This document shows, piece after piece, positions 29,249-38,558 of a stretch of DNA of 58,800 nt. The DNA lies in the NCBI GenBank assembly GCA_051745305.1, contig JBNJDY010000004.1, positions 1 through 58,800 on the forward strand, given 5' to 3'. Source of the DNA: Thermoplasmatota archaeon. GTDB taxonomy: Archaea; Thermoplasmatota; Thermoplasmata; Halarchaeoplasmatales; Halarchaeoplasmataceae. The stretch's first letter is position 1, and each line of letters begins with the position of its first letter. The position numbers and the translations under genes were made by a program. The notes under the pieces were generated by a model. That model saw only the letters and a list, made by a program, of their open reading frames with translations. It ran no database searches and was not told the DNA's origin.

Positions 29249-30179
29249 AGAAAAAGTCAATACCTTATCTGAATGGGGTAAATATCCTCACGAAAGAAGT
29301 ATAGATGAAGCGTTGAAAAGGTCATTAATCATTATCGACAAACCACCAGGACCCACAAGTCATCAGGTTTCAGCATGGATTCAGGAATTATTTGATTGCA
29401 AAGCGGGTCACAGTGGAACTTTAGATCCACAAGTAACTGGTGTATTACCCATGGGTTTAGGATACTCTGTAAGGGTTATCGACCTTCTCCATAATGTTCC
29501 AAAAGAGTACATAGCTGCTATGCATTTTCATAGTAATGTTGATTTCAGTCAAGTTAATGAAATCTTAAAAGAATTTCATGGTGAGATTTACCAGACACCT
29601 CCCCTAAGATCAGGGGTAAAAAAGGAAAGAAGGATTAGGAAGATATATGAAATCGAGATTTTAGATCATACCGGGAGAGATTTTTTACTATATGTTAGAT
29701 GCGAATCTGGAACTTATATCCGAACGCTATGTAAGGACATCGGTAAAGCTGCTGGAACTAGAGGTCACATGATGGACCTTCGCAGGACAAAATCCGGTGT
29801 TTTTTTAGAAGAGGAAAGCCATATTTTACAAGATATTAAAGATGCGTTAATATCTTACAAAAATGGAGATGCTAAAGAGTTGATGGAAATGTTGGTTCCA
29901 TATGAAAGTGCTTTAGAAGTATTTCCCAAACTTAGAATCAAGGAAACCGCCGCTGGTTCTGTACTAAATGGAGCGGATCTTGCGGCTCCAGGTATTTTGG
30001 AGATGGAAGATTTTGCTAGAACTGATACCGTTTCAATATTTTCTTCAAAAGATGAAGGTATCGCTATAGGCAAAGCAATTTTTAGTGCAGAAGATATAAT
30101 GGATATGGATGAAGGTCTTGTCGTTAGAACTGATAGGGTTTTCCATCCCACCGGTGAATATCCTAAAAAATGGAAATAG
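29235..30179 (+). CDS. cbf5: H/ACA pseudouridine synthase Cbf5
   Basis: DKPPGPTSH, GHSGTLDP, YQ-PP-RS, SGTYIR, LRRT; C-terminal PUA domain. Confidence 0.96.
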   Translation: MDHIREKVNTLSEWGKYPHERSIDEALKRSLIIIDKPPGPTSHQVSAWIQELFDCKAGHSGTLDPQVTGVLPMGLGYSVRVIDLLHNVPKEYIAAMHFHSNVDFSQVNEILKEFHGEIYQTPPLRSGVKKERRIRKIYEIEILDHTGRDFLLYVRCESGTYIRTLCKDIGKAAGTRGHMMDLRRTKSGVFLEEESHILQDIKDALISYKNGDAKELMEMLVPYESALEVFPKLRIKETAAGSVLNGADLAAPGILEMEDFARTDTVSIFSSKDEGIAIGKAIFSAEDIMDMDEGLVVRTDRVFHPTGEYPKKWK

Positions 30180-30222
30180 ATTATATATTACCTTGTTTTC
30201 ACATTAAACAGCTAATACACGT

Positions 30223-30307
30223 GCCGAGATAGCTCAGTCTGGTAAGGCGCGAGATTGGAGATCTCGTGGTGCTTTGCACCTCGGGGGTTCGAATCCCTCT
30301 CTCGGCG
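30223..30307 (+). tRNA. tRNA-Ser (GGA)
   Basis: Acceptor GCCGAGA/TCTCGGC plus G73; anticodon stem CGAGA/TCTCG with loop TTGGAGA; long variable arm GGTGC/GCACC; TTCGAAT T-loop; CCA not encoded; TATA at 30181-30188. Confidence 0.96.
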
Positions 30308-30436
30308 CTTTTATTTAAGTCTTGATCATAATTATTATAAATTTTAATATAATTGTCTGGCATTATAATTATCCAAGAATGAAAAATATATATAGTATCA
30401 TTTCTACGGGGGGTTGTTTATGGAGAAAATGAAAAT

Positions 30437-31072
30437 ATGGGATACAAAGGGAATAGGAAATATGATGGTAGATCTAGAGGGAAAAAGCCTGACGGTGCAA
30501 GATATAAAACAGGTATTTATTTGATTACTATTTCAGTAATAGGGTTGATCTTAGGTTTTGTTTTGCCTTGGGTTAAAGTGCTCGGTGACGAATTGTTATC
30601 CGCATTATTAGATTTAGCGATGGGTAGCATGTTTATTAAAAGTGATTTTTTTGTATTGTTGATCGCTATACTGATCTCAGGAATAATTATACTTCTAATT
30701 AGCTTCTTCGAGGATATAGAATTATTTTCATCAATAAGATCAAGCTGGACAAGGTTAGTATTGGGAAATATATTGGTGATATTATCGATCCTATTCATTT
30801 TATTATCACTTTATTATTTAGGTGTCATGATATCCTTCAATAAATTAACTATTATGTCAGAAGAAATTAATGGCATATTATTCACACCCGCACCCCTTTC
30901 TTTTATTGCTTTAGGAATAATATCATTTAATATCAGTATGGGTGCAGTAAAAAAGGAGTTTTCTGCTTTAAAGTTCAAAACAAAACTAGAAGAAAAACAT
31001 AAAGTGAAAAGACCAGTGAAAAAGCCGATTAAAAAGCCGATTAAAAAGTCAGTTAAAAAGGGAGGGGATTAA
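30437..31072 (+). CDS. Hypothetical 4-TM membrane protein with Lys/Pro-rich tail
   Basis: Four hydrophobic segments, GLILGFVLPW motif, KKPI repeats. Confidence 0.7.
   Translation: MGYKGNRKYDGRSRGKKPDGARYKTGIYLITISVIGLILGFVLPWVKVLGDELLSALLDLAMGSMFIKSDFFVLLIAILISGIIILLISFFEDIELFSSIRSSWTRLVLGNILVILSILFILLSLYYLGVMISFNKLTIMSEEINGILFTPAPLSFIALGIISFNISMGAVKKEFSALKFKTKLEEKHKVKRPVKKPIKKPIKKSVKKGGD
31007..31060 (+). repeat. 12-bp in-frame tandem repeat (KRPV-KKPI-KKPI-KKSV)
   Basis: AAAAAGCCGATT twice plus degenerate flanking copies. Confidence 0.8.
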
Positions 31073-31075
31073 GAT

Positions 31076-31885
31076 ATGAAGATCACTAAGAAATTAATAG
31101 AACGTATGTTGATGTTTATTTTCTATATTGCTTTAGTAGGGTTGATCTTAACCCCCGTTCTTCCATGGATCACCGAAGATGTAGTTGGTGAAGAAAGTAG
31201 AGTATGGATTTCAAAACTAGAAATTTCTAATTCAGATAATGAAAATATTTCAAGTATAAATAGCAATATTAACTATGCTAGTACCGGTTTTGGTTTTGGT
31301 ATTTTATTTGCTTTGATTGGAAGAGTAGGTGTTCTAGCTAGGAAAATTAAGAAGAAACTTTTAGCAAATTATTTGGTGTTGACTTCTATCCCACTCTTTT
31401 TATCTTCAGCGATAGCATTGATCTTCAGCGTTCGGGTGTTATTGATGATAAATAATCTAGGGGACCCTTATGGACTTGGATACAATTATGTTCCTATCTC
31501 TTTGGCTATACCTTTATTATTCGTGTCTTTGCTGTTCGCCTATATTACCGTACCGAGAGCCCTAAAAGGGATAGAAATCGAAAAAAGTAAAGGGTATTAT
31601 AAGGGACCAAAAACAGATCTAGGTGAAATCTCTCAGCGAGATTCTCTAATAGGTTATACAAAATTGGCTGAACGAGACGTTGAGGAAGATGAAAACTCAG
31701 ATATCGTTAATAACTATACATGTATCAGATGTGGTGAAGAGGTAGAGAACGAAGCACTTCTTTGTCGAAAGTGTGGGAATAACCTATCCGTAAAATGTCC
31801 AAACTGTGATACGATTTATGCAGAGAGTAAGGAAGAATGCCCTGAATGTGGTATGTCCCCTTATGATTTACTTGAACTTGAGTAA
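31076..31885 (+). CDS. Hypothetical 4-TM membrane protein with C-terminal double zinc ribbon
   Basis: GLILTPVLPW motif, hydrophobic helices, four CxxC motifs. Confidence 0.78.
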   Translation: MKITKKLIERMLMFIFYIALVGLILTPVLPWITEDVVGEESRVWISKLEISNSDNENISSINSNINYASTGFGFGILFALIGRVGVLARKIKKKLLANYLVLTSIPLFLSSAIALIFSVRVLLMINNLGDPYGLGYNYVPISLAIPLLFVSLLFAYITVPRALKGIEIEKSKGYYKGPKTDLGEISQRDSLIGYTKLAERDVEEDENSDIVNNYTCIRCGEEVENEALLCRKCGNNLSVKCPNCDTIYAESKEECPECGMSPYDLLELE

Positions 31886-31920
31886 AATCCTTAAATAACA
31901 TACACCGGTTTAGATTTGAT

Positions 31921-32970
31921 ATGAAACGGTACTCCGGGCCCCTGTTGACTAAACAAGGTTTCGTTCAAGTACAAATTGATATTCAAGACTCTAAAGTCGT
32001 CGAATTTGAGGAGAGCGGAGACAAAGGTGAAGATGCATTGATTATACCCACGTTTATTGATACTCATACCCACAGTGGAGACTCATTTATCAGATGTGCA
32101 CCAGAAGGTACTATTGAAGAAATCGTTGGACCTGGAGGTCTAAAACATAAGGCTCTAAATGATGCTGATGAAAATGTTATAATCGAAGGTATGCGTAGTT
32201 TTTTTACTGAAGCCAAAAAGAATGGGATATATGATGTTATTGAATTTAGGGAAGGCGGAATAGAAGGTGTACGCAGTATAAAAAAAGCTATCGAAACTTT
32301 TGATAAAAAATTCAATATCCAAATCTTCGGACGCCCTACACAGCGAAAATATAATGAAAACGAATTAAAAAAATTATTATCTCATTCTGAGGGTATAGGT
32401 CTAAGTGCATATAGAGATTGGGATAAAAACGAGTTTTTTAAAATAGCGAAAGAGGTTAACGTAAAGGGAACCCCTTTTGCTCTTCATTGTTCTGAAGACG
32501 TTAGAGAACCCTTAGAAGGTATTCTTGAATATGATATCCATCACCTAGTTCATATGATTGAAGCTACTGTAGATGACATCCAACGCTGTGCAGAAAGAAA
32601 TATCCCTATTGTGATTTGTCCTAGAAGTAATATGCAGTTCGGTAAAGTTCCAGATATACCAATGATGGTGAAAAATGGTGTCACTTTATCGTTGGGTACT
32701 GATAATGCTATGTTAGCTAGTCCAGATATGTTCAGAGAAATGGAATTTGCTTATCGGATCAGTAGATTAAAAGGAGGGGTTACAGCGGAAGATATTTTAA
32801 TGATGGCAACATGGAATCCAAGGGAAAGTTTATATCCCTCTTTGAATCTTGGAAAAACGAGAAAAAAAGAGGACACATACATGGTTCTGGATAGAAAAGA
32901 TCACGAACCTGCTTATGAGGTTGTCACTAGGATGTCTTCGAGGGATATTAAAGAGATAGTGGTGTTATGA
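31921..32970 (+). CDS. Amidohydrolase family protein (deaminase-like)
   Basis: P-FIDTHTH-GD, H-SE, H, CPRSN and LGTDN motifs. Confidence 0.9.
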   Translation: MKRYSGPLLTKQGFVQVQIDIQDSKVVEFEESGDKGEDALIIPTFIDTHTHSGDSFIRCAPEGTIEEIVGPGGLKHKALNDADENVIIEGMRSFFTEAKKNGIYDVIEFREGGIEGVRSIKKAIETFDKKFNIQIFGRPTQRKYNENELKKLLSHSEGIGLSAYRDWDKNEFFKIAKEVNVKGTPFALHCSEDVREPLEGILEYDIHHLVHMIEATVDDIQRCAERNIPIVICPRSNMQFGKVPDIPMMVKNGVTLSLGTDNAMLASPDMFREMEFAYRISRLKGGVTAEDILMMATWNPRESLYPSLNLGKTRKKEDTYMVLDRKDHEPAYEVVTRMSSRDIKEIVVL

Positions 32971-33413
32971 ACATGGAAAGCTACAAAAAAATATTGATAC
33001 CTACCGATGGTTCAAAAGCAAATTCAATAGCTGTTGAGAAAGGACTTTCTTTAGCTAGACTTCTCGGCGCAAAAGCAAAGATCTTGTTTGTAGTCGATAC
33101 AACAACTTTCATAGATCTACCACCTGACGATTTAGTTACAAATATAACGAGTCATATGAAAAACAAAGGTGAAGACGTTCTTGATGATATCGAAGAAAGA
33201 GCTGATGAAGTTGGTGTAGATATCGAGAGGAGTGTAAAAGAGGGTCACCCTGCTGAAGTTATTATTGAAGAGTCTAGCGAATCTGACATCATAGTCATTG
33301 GCACTCATGGACGATCAGGCTTTTCTAGATTATTATTGGGTAGTACCGCTGAAAAAGTGATTAGACATGCAGAGTGTCCTGTTATGGTTATCAAGATAAA
33401 AGAGGATGAGTAA
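32967..33413 (+). CDS. Universal stress protein (UspA family)
   Basis: ILIPTDGS, GHPAE-I, GTHGRSG---LLLGSTAEKV-R-A-CPV. Confidence 0.95.
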   Translation: MNMESYKKILIPTDGSKANSIAVEKGLSLARLLGAKAKILFVVDTTTFIDLPPDDLVTNITSHMKNKGEDVLDDIEERADEVGVDIERSVKEGHPAEVIIEESSESDIIVIGTHGRSGFSRLLLGSTAEKVIRHAECPVMVIKIKEDE

Positions 33414-33415
33414 AT

Positions 33416-34255
33416 ATGGAAAACGTAGAAGATTTGATGACGAAAGACCCAGTAGTAGCAGAGCTACCGGGTAATCGAAGAGATGTTATGAAAATGATGG
33501 TGGAAAATAAATTAACTGGAGTACCTATAGTTAAAGATGGTATCCTAAAAGGTTTCCTTAGTAGGCACGATATTTTCGAACATCCCGATGAAGATCAACT
33601 TGCTTTGATTTACAGAAAAAGTCATCCTTGTGTAGCTGTAGATGATTCACTGCAAAAGGCTGCTGAATTATTTGTAGAAGAAAATGTACATTACCTACCA
33701 GTTACGGAGAACGGCGGCGAGTGTGTAGGTATAATAACTACCGCGGATATGCTGGAATATGTAGAAAAACTCGGAATGGATATTCCTGTAGGCAAAACTG
33801 CTAGTAGTCCTTGTGTACCTATCTATGAAGGCACACCGATAAAGATAGCGCTTCAAACTATGAAACTCACTGGGATTTATGCATTCCCAGTGGTCGATAA
33901 AGACACTACCCTTGTTGGAATTATCACAGATAGAGATTTGTTTAACCTATCTGAAATAAACGGTGAACTTATGGTATCTGAACTTGGATTAGAACAGGAT
34001 GAAAATACATGGTCATGGCAGGGTTTAAAGAATATAATGAAATTGTATTACGAAAAATCTAAATTCGAACTGCCTGATATAACTGTAAAAGAAGCAATGG
34101 TAAAAGAACCCATCTCTGTTTTCCATGGTACTGATATCTACGAGGCTGCAAGAATAATGAGGAGGAACGATTATGGCCAACTTCCCGTGGTAGATGAAAC
34201 AGATAGATTGGAAACTATGGTATATGAACTCGATCTTCTAGCAGCTATCATATGA
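33416..34255 (+). CDS. CBS domain protein (four CBS repeats)
   Basis: Repeated PV..GIIT-D units; conserved archaeal amidohydrolase-usp-CBS-glyS context. Confidence 0.9.
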   Translation: MENVEDLMTKDPVVAELPGNRRDVMKMMVENKLTGVPIVKDGILKGFLSRHDIFEHPDEDQLALIYRKSHPCVAVDDSLQKAAELFVEENVHYLPVTENGGECVGIITTADMLEYVEKLGMDIPVGKTASSPCVPIYEGTPIKIALQTMKLTGIYAFPVVDKDTTLVGIITDRDLFNLSEINGELMVSELGLEQDENTWSWQGLKNIMKLYYEKSKFELPDITVKEAMVKEPISVFHGTDIYEAARIMRRNDYGQLPVVDETDRLETMVYELDLLAAII

Positions 34256-34265
34256 GGTTTTTGAA

Positions 34266-35756
34266 ATGGTAAATAGTGAAGACTTAGAATCGATGTGCAA
34301 GAGAAGAGGTTTTGTTTGGCAGAGTGCTGAGATTTATGGTGGAGAATCTGGTTTCTATGATTACGGTCACCTTGGCACAAAACTTAAGGAAAAATGGAAA
34401 AAAGCTTGGAAAGATTTCTTTTTGGGATTGGATGAAAATTATCATCTTTTAGATACAACTAACATATTACCTTACAAGGCCCTTGATGCATCTGGTCATG
34501 TCGACCACTTTTCTGATATTTTGATCAAATGTAAGAGATGTGGTTCTTCGTACAGGGGTGACCATATAATAGAAGACGAAACTGGAGAGAGTGCTGAATG
34601 GATGGGTCTAGAAGAGATTAAAAGTAAACTCGCCGAGCTGGAAGTACAGTGCCCCAATTGTGGCGGAGATTTCATGGACCCAGAGAATTTTAATATGATG
34701 TTTAAACTTGAGATAGGTCCAACCGGAGATAATATAGGTTTCCTCAGACCAGAAACCGCTCAGGGCATATATCTAAATTTCAATCGAGAGTATCGTGCCC
34801 TTCGTAAAAGGATGCCTATGGGTTTAGCTACCATCGGACGGGCGTATAGAAATGAGATATCACCGAGACAAGGACTCTTCCGCCAGAGGGAGTTCGAACA
34901 GGCAGAATTACAGATTTTTTTTGTACCTTCTGTCCATAAGAAATTTTTCAAAGAAAAATATAACAATGAAGAAAAGATCCAAATGAGGATTAAAAGACCT
35001 GATTGGGAAGAAACTAAAGAAACTGATGTTACAGAAATGGAAGATCTACCTGAATTTTTTCTCTATCACCTAATGAAGATATACCAATTTTATCGGGATA
35101 TTATGGAGATCAAAGAGGAAAATATCAGGTTGAGGGAACTTTCAGACGATGAAAAAGCATTTTACAATAAGATACACTTTGACCTGGAAATATATTTCGA
35201 CACATTAGGTGGATGGAAAGAAGTGGATGGTCTGCATTACAGGAGCGACTATGATCTAAAAAAACATCAAGAGAAATCCGGTAAGAAGATGTCTATCCCT
35301 ACTGATGAAGGCAGGAAAATTCCTCATGTAGTAGAACTCAGCTTTGGTGTCGACAGAAACATTTGGGCTCTTTTGGATAAAGGATATAAAACGAATGATA
35401 GAAACTGGCTAGACCTACCCCCTAAATTGGCACCTTACACTGGCGCTGTTTTTCCATTAGTCAGAAAAGATGGTTTACCAGAAAAATCTAGAGACATTTT
35501 TGAGGACTTGAATAAAGACTTTGATATGTTCTGGGATAAAAGTGGATCTATCGGAAAGAGATATGCGAGGCAGGATGAAATAGGTACTCCTTACTGCATG
35601 ACTGTAGATTATGATACTCTAGAAGAAAATACAATCACAGTTAGAGAAATACGCTCGGGAGAACAAATTCGAGTTGACGTAAATGATCTGAAAAAAGTAC
35701 TTAAGAGTCTATTAGAAGAAAAGAAAACTTTTGAGGAATATATGAAAGAGGATTAG
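34266..35756 (+). CDS. glyS: Glycine--tRNA ligase (alpha2 type)
   Basis: RRGF, DYG-LG, LRPETAQG, RNEISPR, REFEQAE, E-SFGVDR, SIGKRYAR-DEIG-P. Confidence 0.97.
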   Translation: MVNSEDLESMCKRRGFVWQSAEIYGGESGFYDYGHLGTKLKEKWKKAWKDFFLGLDENYHLLDTTNILPYKALDASGHVDHFSDILIKCKRCGSSYRGDHIIEDETGESAEWMGLEEIKSKLAELEVQCPNCGGDFMDPENFNMMFKLEIGPTGDNIGFLRPETAQGIYLNFNREYRALRKRMPMGLATIGRAYRNEISPRQGLFRQREFEQAELQIFFVPSVHKKFFKEKYNNEEKIQMRIKRPDWEETKETDVTEMEDLPEFFLYHLMKIYQFYRDIMEIKEENIRLRELSDDEKAFYNKIHFDLEIYFDTLGGWKEVDGLHYRSDYDLKKHQEKSGKKMSIPTDEGRKIPHVVELSFGVDRNIWALLDKGYKTNDRNWLDLPPKLAPYTGAVFPLVRKDGLPEKSRDIFEDLNKDFDMFWDKSGSIGKRYARQDEIGTPYCMTVDYDTLEENTITVREIRSGEQIRVDVNDLKKVLKSLLEEKKTFEEYMKED

Positions 35757-36025
35757 GACGAATTTTCCTCATTTTTTAACGATTCCAATCTGCTGATGAC
35801 GTTCCAAATCAATGTTCGTCCATGTAGAGGAATATTCGGGTCATCTGCCATCTCTTCCAGTTTGAATATAGATGATGCTATTCTTACATCAAGGTCATCA
35901 TCAGATTCTAATAACAATTTTTCACATTCTTCAGAATTATTTCTGATATTTCTTGGAATCGATGTATCTTCTTCGATACGATCCAACATATCGCATATTT
36001 GCTCCAACTCTTCCTGTGTTTCCAT
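35753..36025 (-). CDS. UPF0147 family protein
   Basis: DTSIPRNIR, DPNIP-H-RT-IW; GAGGT RBS before ATG 36025. Confidence 0.9.
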   Translation of the reverse strand: METQEELEQICDMLDRIEEDTSIPRNIRNNSEECEKLLLESDDDLDVRIASSIFKLEEMADDPNIPLHGRTLIWNVISRLESLKNEENSS

Positions 36026-36108
36026 TTTATCAACCTCAAAATTCTTTCGGTAAATCAATCTCTCATAATTAAGGTTTATGGTAGTTATAAATAAATGTTT
36101 GGGTATCT

Positions 36109-36340
36109 AAGCACAGCATGCGGAAGGATAAATGCAGGTAGGAGCCCAACCCTACCTGCTATTCCGCAATAATCGGGAAATGATCCCCGGTTTCGAAGCC
36201 TTTATTCTAATACTTCGGTTATAGGTAATATCGGAGTTTACCCTATTTTATCAATCATTCATCGTAATTTATATCGCAACCAAGTTTACGATATACTTCT
36301 TTCCAACTATAGTGAGCGTCTTCTTCTATCATATGCTTCA
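36109..36340 (-). ncRNA. Candidate structured RNA (multi-hairpin, closed by 5'-3' pairing), family unknown
   Basis: Five or more hairpins whose G-U pairs favour the minus strand; TATA-like CTTATAAG about 25 nt upstream. Confidence 0.5.
36255..36332 (-). CDS. Putative 25-aa small protein MIEEDAHYSWKEVYRKLGCDINYDE
   Basis: GTGA RBS-like sequence 5 nt before ATG; lies at the 5' end of the structured RNA. Confidence 0.35.
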   Translation of the reverse strand: MIEEDAHYSWKEVYRKLGCDINYDE

Positions 36341-36434
36341 CATTTAGAAAAAAAGATTCTTTACTTATAAGGATAAACACCAGGGGGGTATGTAAAAATA
36401 GTGAAAGTGATAAATTTAATTAGAGAAAAGGGTT

Positions 36435-36665
36435 TTATTTTTTCTGGGATTTAGAGATGTATTCCTGCCTTTTGGATTTAGCTTCCTCTATTTTTTTTTC
36501 TAAATCAGTTATCTTTTCCTTGTATTTTTCTATCTTCTTTTTGTAATTCTCGATTTTTTTCTCCATCTTAGCTGCTTTCCCTTCGTATTTTGCCTCTTTT
36601 TCTAATTCTTTAGCTTCAGCTTTCTTTCTGGAAGAAGAATCTTTAAGTCTACTATCTTTAACCAT
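36435..36665 (-). CDS. Small Lys/Glu-rich coiled-coil protein
   Basis: GGTGAT RBS before ATG 36665; heptad pattern. Confidence 0.7.
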   Translation of the reverse strand: MVKDSRLKDSSSRKKAEAKELEKEAKYEGKAAKMEKKIENYKKKIEKYKEKITDLEKKIEEAKSKRQEYISKSQKK

Positions 36666-36844
36666 TAATATCACCATTGTAGTCATTTAATCTAAGGTAT
36701 ATAAAATATTTGGGAACTATAAATGCCAATATTGGATTTTTAATTTTTAATAGTGTATCATGTATAAATCAAAGTGTTTTTAGAAGAAACCAGCAAAAAT
36801 ATTATATAATCACGTTATAATACCTATGTTAGGGTGAAATAAAA

Positions 36845-38515
36845 ATGGCAAGTCCAATTAGTGATGCATTGTATGATGCAGGAATTAAGCTAGGCGGTTT
36901 TGGTGAACCTTTTGCCGAGATGGAATCTCAATTCTGGGAGTTCCTACCCGGTTTGATATTTCTGCTGGTATTCATACTGGTAGGTTATGTAGTCGGGAAG
37001 CTGATCGCAAATATATTTAGAAAATTCCTGGAAAGGATAGGGTTCGAAAAAGCAATGAACAAAATGAAACTGGGAAGGCATTTCAGGAAGATGGGATTTA
37101 AAAGTGCGTCGCACTTTATCAGTATCTTCATATTTTGGTTTGTTTTCCTGATCTTCCTACAGTTAGGCGTCGGTGCTGCGGATATAGGAATAATATCAGA
37201 TATTCTATCTCCAATTATACTGTTTATACCTAGAGCCCTGATAGCTGCCTTATTGATCGTAATAGGTCTGTACGTTGGAACACTGGTTTCTGATATGGTG
37301 GTCAAGGCTTTGAACAAGACCGGATTGAAAAAATCTGTCAAATCTGTCGATCAACAATTAAAAGGAACTGGATACAGTCTATTTAGCATACTTGGTATTA
37401 TCATAAAGGTATGGGTAGTATTGTTCTTTGTACAGGCGGCACTAGATATCTTAGCAATAAGAGCATTAACAGATTTCGTTAGACCGATATTAGACTACTT
37501 CCCAAGAGTAGTGATCGCATTCTTTGTGGTTTTGGCAGGACTAGTGATAGCGGATTACATAGTCAAATGGATACGCAACTGGTTAGAGGAAGCTGATATA
37601 GGTAGGACTTTAACTAGAGCAGACGATAAAACCATGGTTAAAGGTCTATCGATATTAGGTATCGCCTTAACACTGGTCAAAGTGTGGGTACTTGTGATTT
37701 TTATCCAAATAGCTCTTGACATCTTGGCTATCGAGACTTTACAAACAGTAATCAATCCAATACTACTCTATTTCCCAAGAATACTTGTAGCTATGGCGAT
37801 AATCATAATAGGTTTGATTGTCACCGATTTTGTTTTGAACATCGTCCACAAGTTACTCGAAGAAATGGAATCTGGTAAATTCATAAAACCAGCAGAAGAC
37901 ATCATCAAAAAACCAGGAATAATAATGAGGTTCGTTGATATACTAGTGAAAATTACAGTGATGCTGATCTTCATCAATATAGCTGTTGCAGTGTTGGGCA
38001 TCGGGATACTAGCTGATTTAGTTGCAACTGTAATTCTCTGGATACCGAACTTGTTTGCTGCTGCAATAATAGTTCTACTCGGTCTTTGGGTGGCAGGATG
38101 GCTTTATGACAAGACCATGGAAAGCTCTAAGAAACACGAATTACCGTTCCCTGCACTAGTTGCTAACGCAGTTAAATTCCTGGTGATATATATTGTCATC
38201 ACAATGGCGTTAGCTCAATTGGGCATCGAAGTTCCGGTACTCTACCTAGCATTTGGTATAACTCTAGGTGCAGTGATGATCGGTCTAGGAGCAGGTTTTG
38301 CTTACGGCTTAAAAGGCGTCATGTCAAACATGGGCGGTTATCTACAGGTCAAAGAGATAGTAAAACCAGGTGAAAAAATTGAAGTTGGAGAATACTCTGG
38401 TGAAGTCAAAGAGATTACCAGATACAACACTATAATCATCGATGAAAGAGGTAATAAACAATCGATACCGAATACATACCTAGTTGATAATACAGTAACG
38501 ACTATGTCCGAGTAA
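36845..38515 (+). CDS. MscS-related membrane protein with about five CmpX/TM-helix repeats
   Basis: Repeated AL-IL-I....I---FPR---A units; C-terminal MscS TM3/beta domain (N--G-LQ...PGEKIEVGEYSGEV..IPN). Confidence 0.85.
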   Translation: MASPISDALYDAGIKLGGFGEPFAEMESQFWEFLPGLIFLLVFILVGYVVGKLIANIFRKFLERIGFEKAMNKMKLGRHFRKMGFKSASHFISIFIFWFVFLIFLQLGVGAADIGIISDILSPIILFIPRALIAALLIVIGLYVGTLVSDMVVKALNKTGLKKSVKSVDQQLKGTGYSLFSILGIIIKVWVVLFFVQAALDILAIRALTDFVRPILDYFPRVVIAFFVVLAGLVIADYIVKWIRNWLEEADIGRTLTRADDKTMVKGLSILGIALTLVKVWVLVIFIQIALDILAIETLQTVINPILLYFPRILVAMAIIIIGLIVTDFVLNIVHKLLEEMESGKFIKPAEDIIKKPGIIMRFVDILVKITVMLIFINIAVAVLGIGILADLVATVILWIPNLFAAAIIVLLGLWVAGWLYDKTMESSKKHELPFPALVANAVKFLVIYIVITMALAQLGIEVPVLYLAFGITLGAVMIGLGAGFAYGLKGVMSNMGGYLQVKEIVKPGEKIEVGEYSGEVKEITRYNTIIIDERGNKQSIPNTYLVDNTVTTMSE

Positions 38516-38558
38516 ATCAGAACATCTAAAAACCTTTTCTAACTTTTTATTTTTCTTC

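Noticed and set aside
30223-31900. Integrated element at tRNA-Ser
   Set aside because: No integrase and no duplicated tRNA 3' end seen; downstream genes return to conserved housekeeping order.
36185-36205. tRNA/tmRNA-like T-loop (TTCGAA)
   Set aside because: No proper 5-bp T stem and no acceptor stem around it.
36225-36265. RNase P RNA (minus-strand GGUAAACUCC and GAUGAAUGAUUG resemble bacterial conserved regions)
   Set aside because: The motifs are in the wrong order and the P4 elements (GAGGAAAGUCC and the 3' ACAGAA-GCUUA) are absent.
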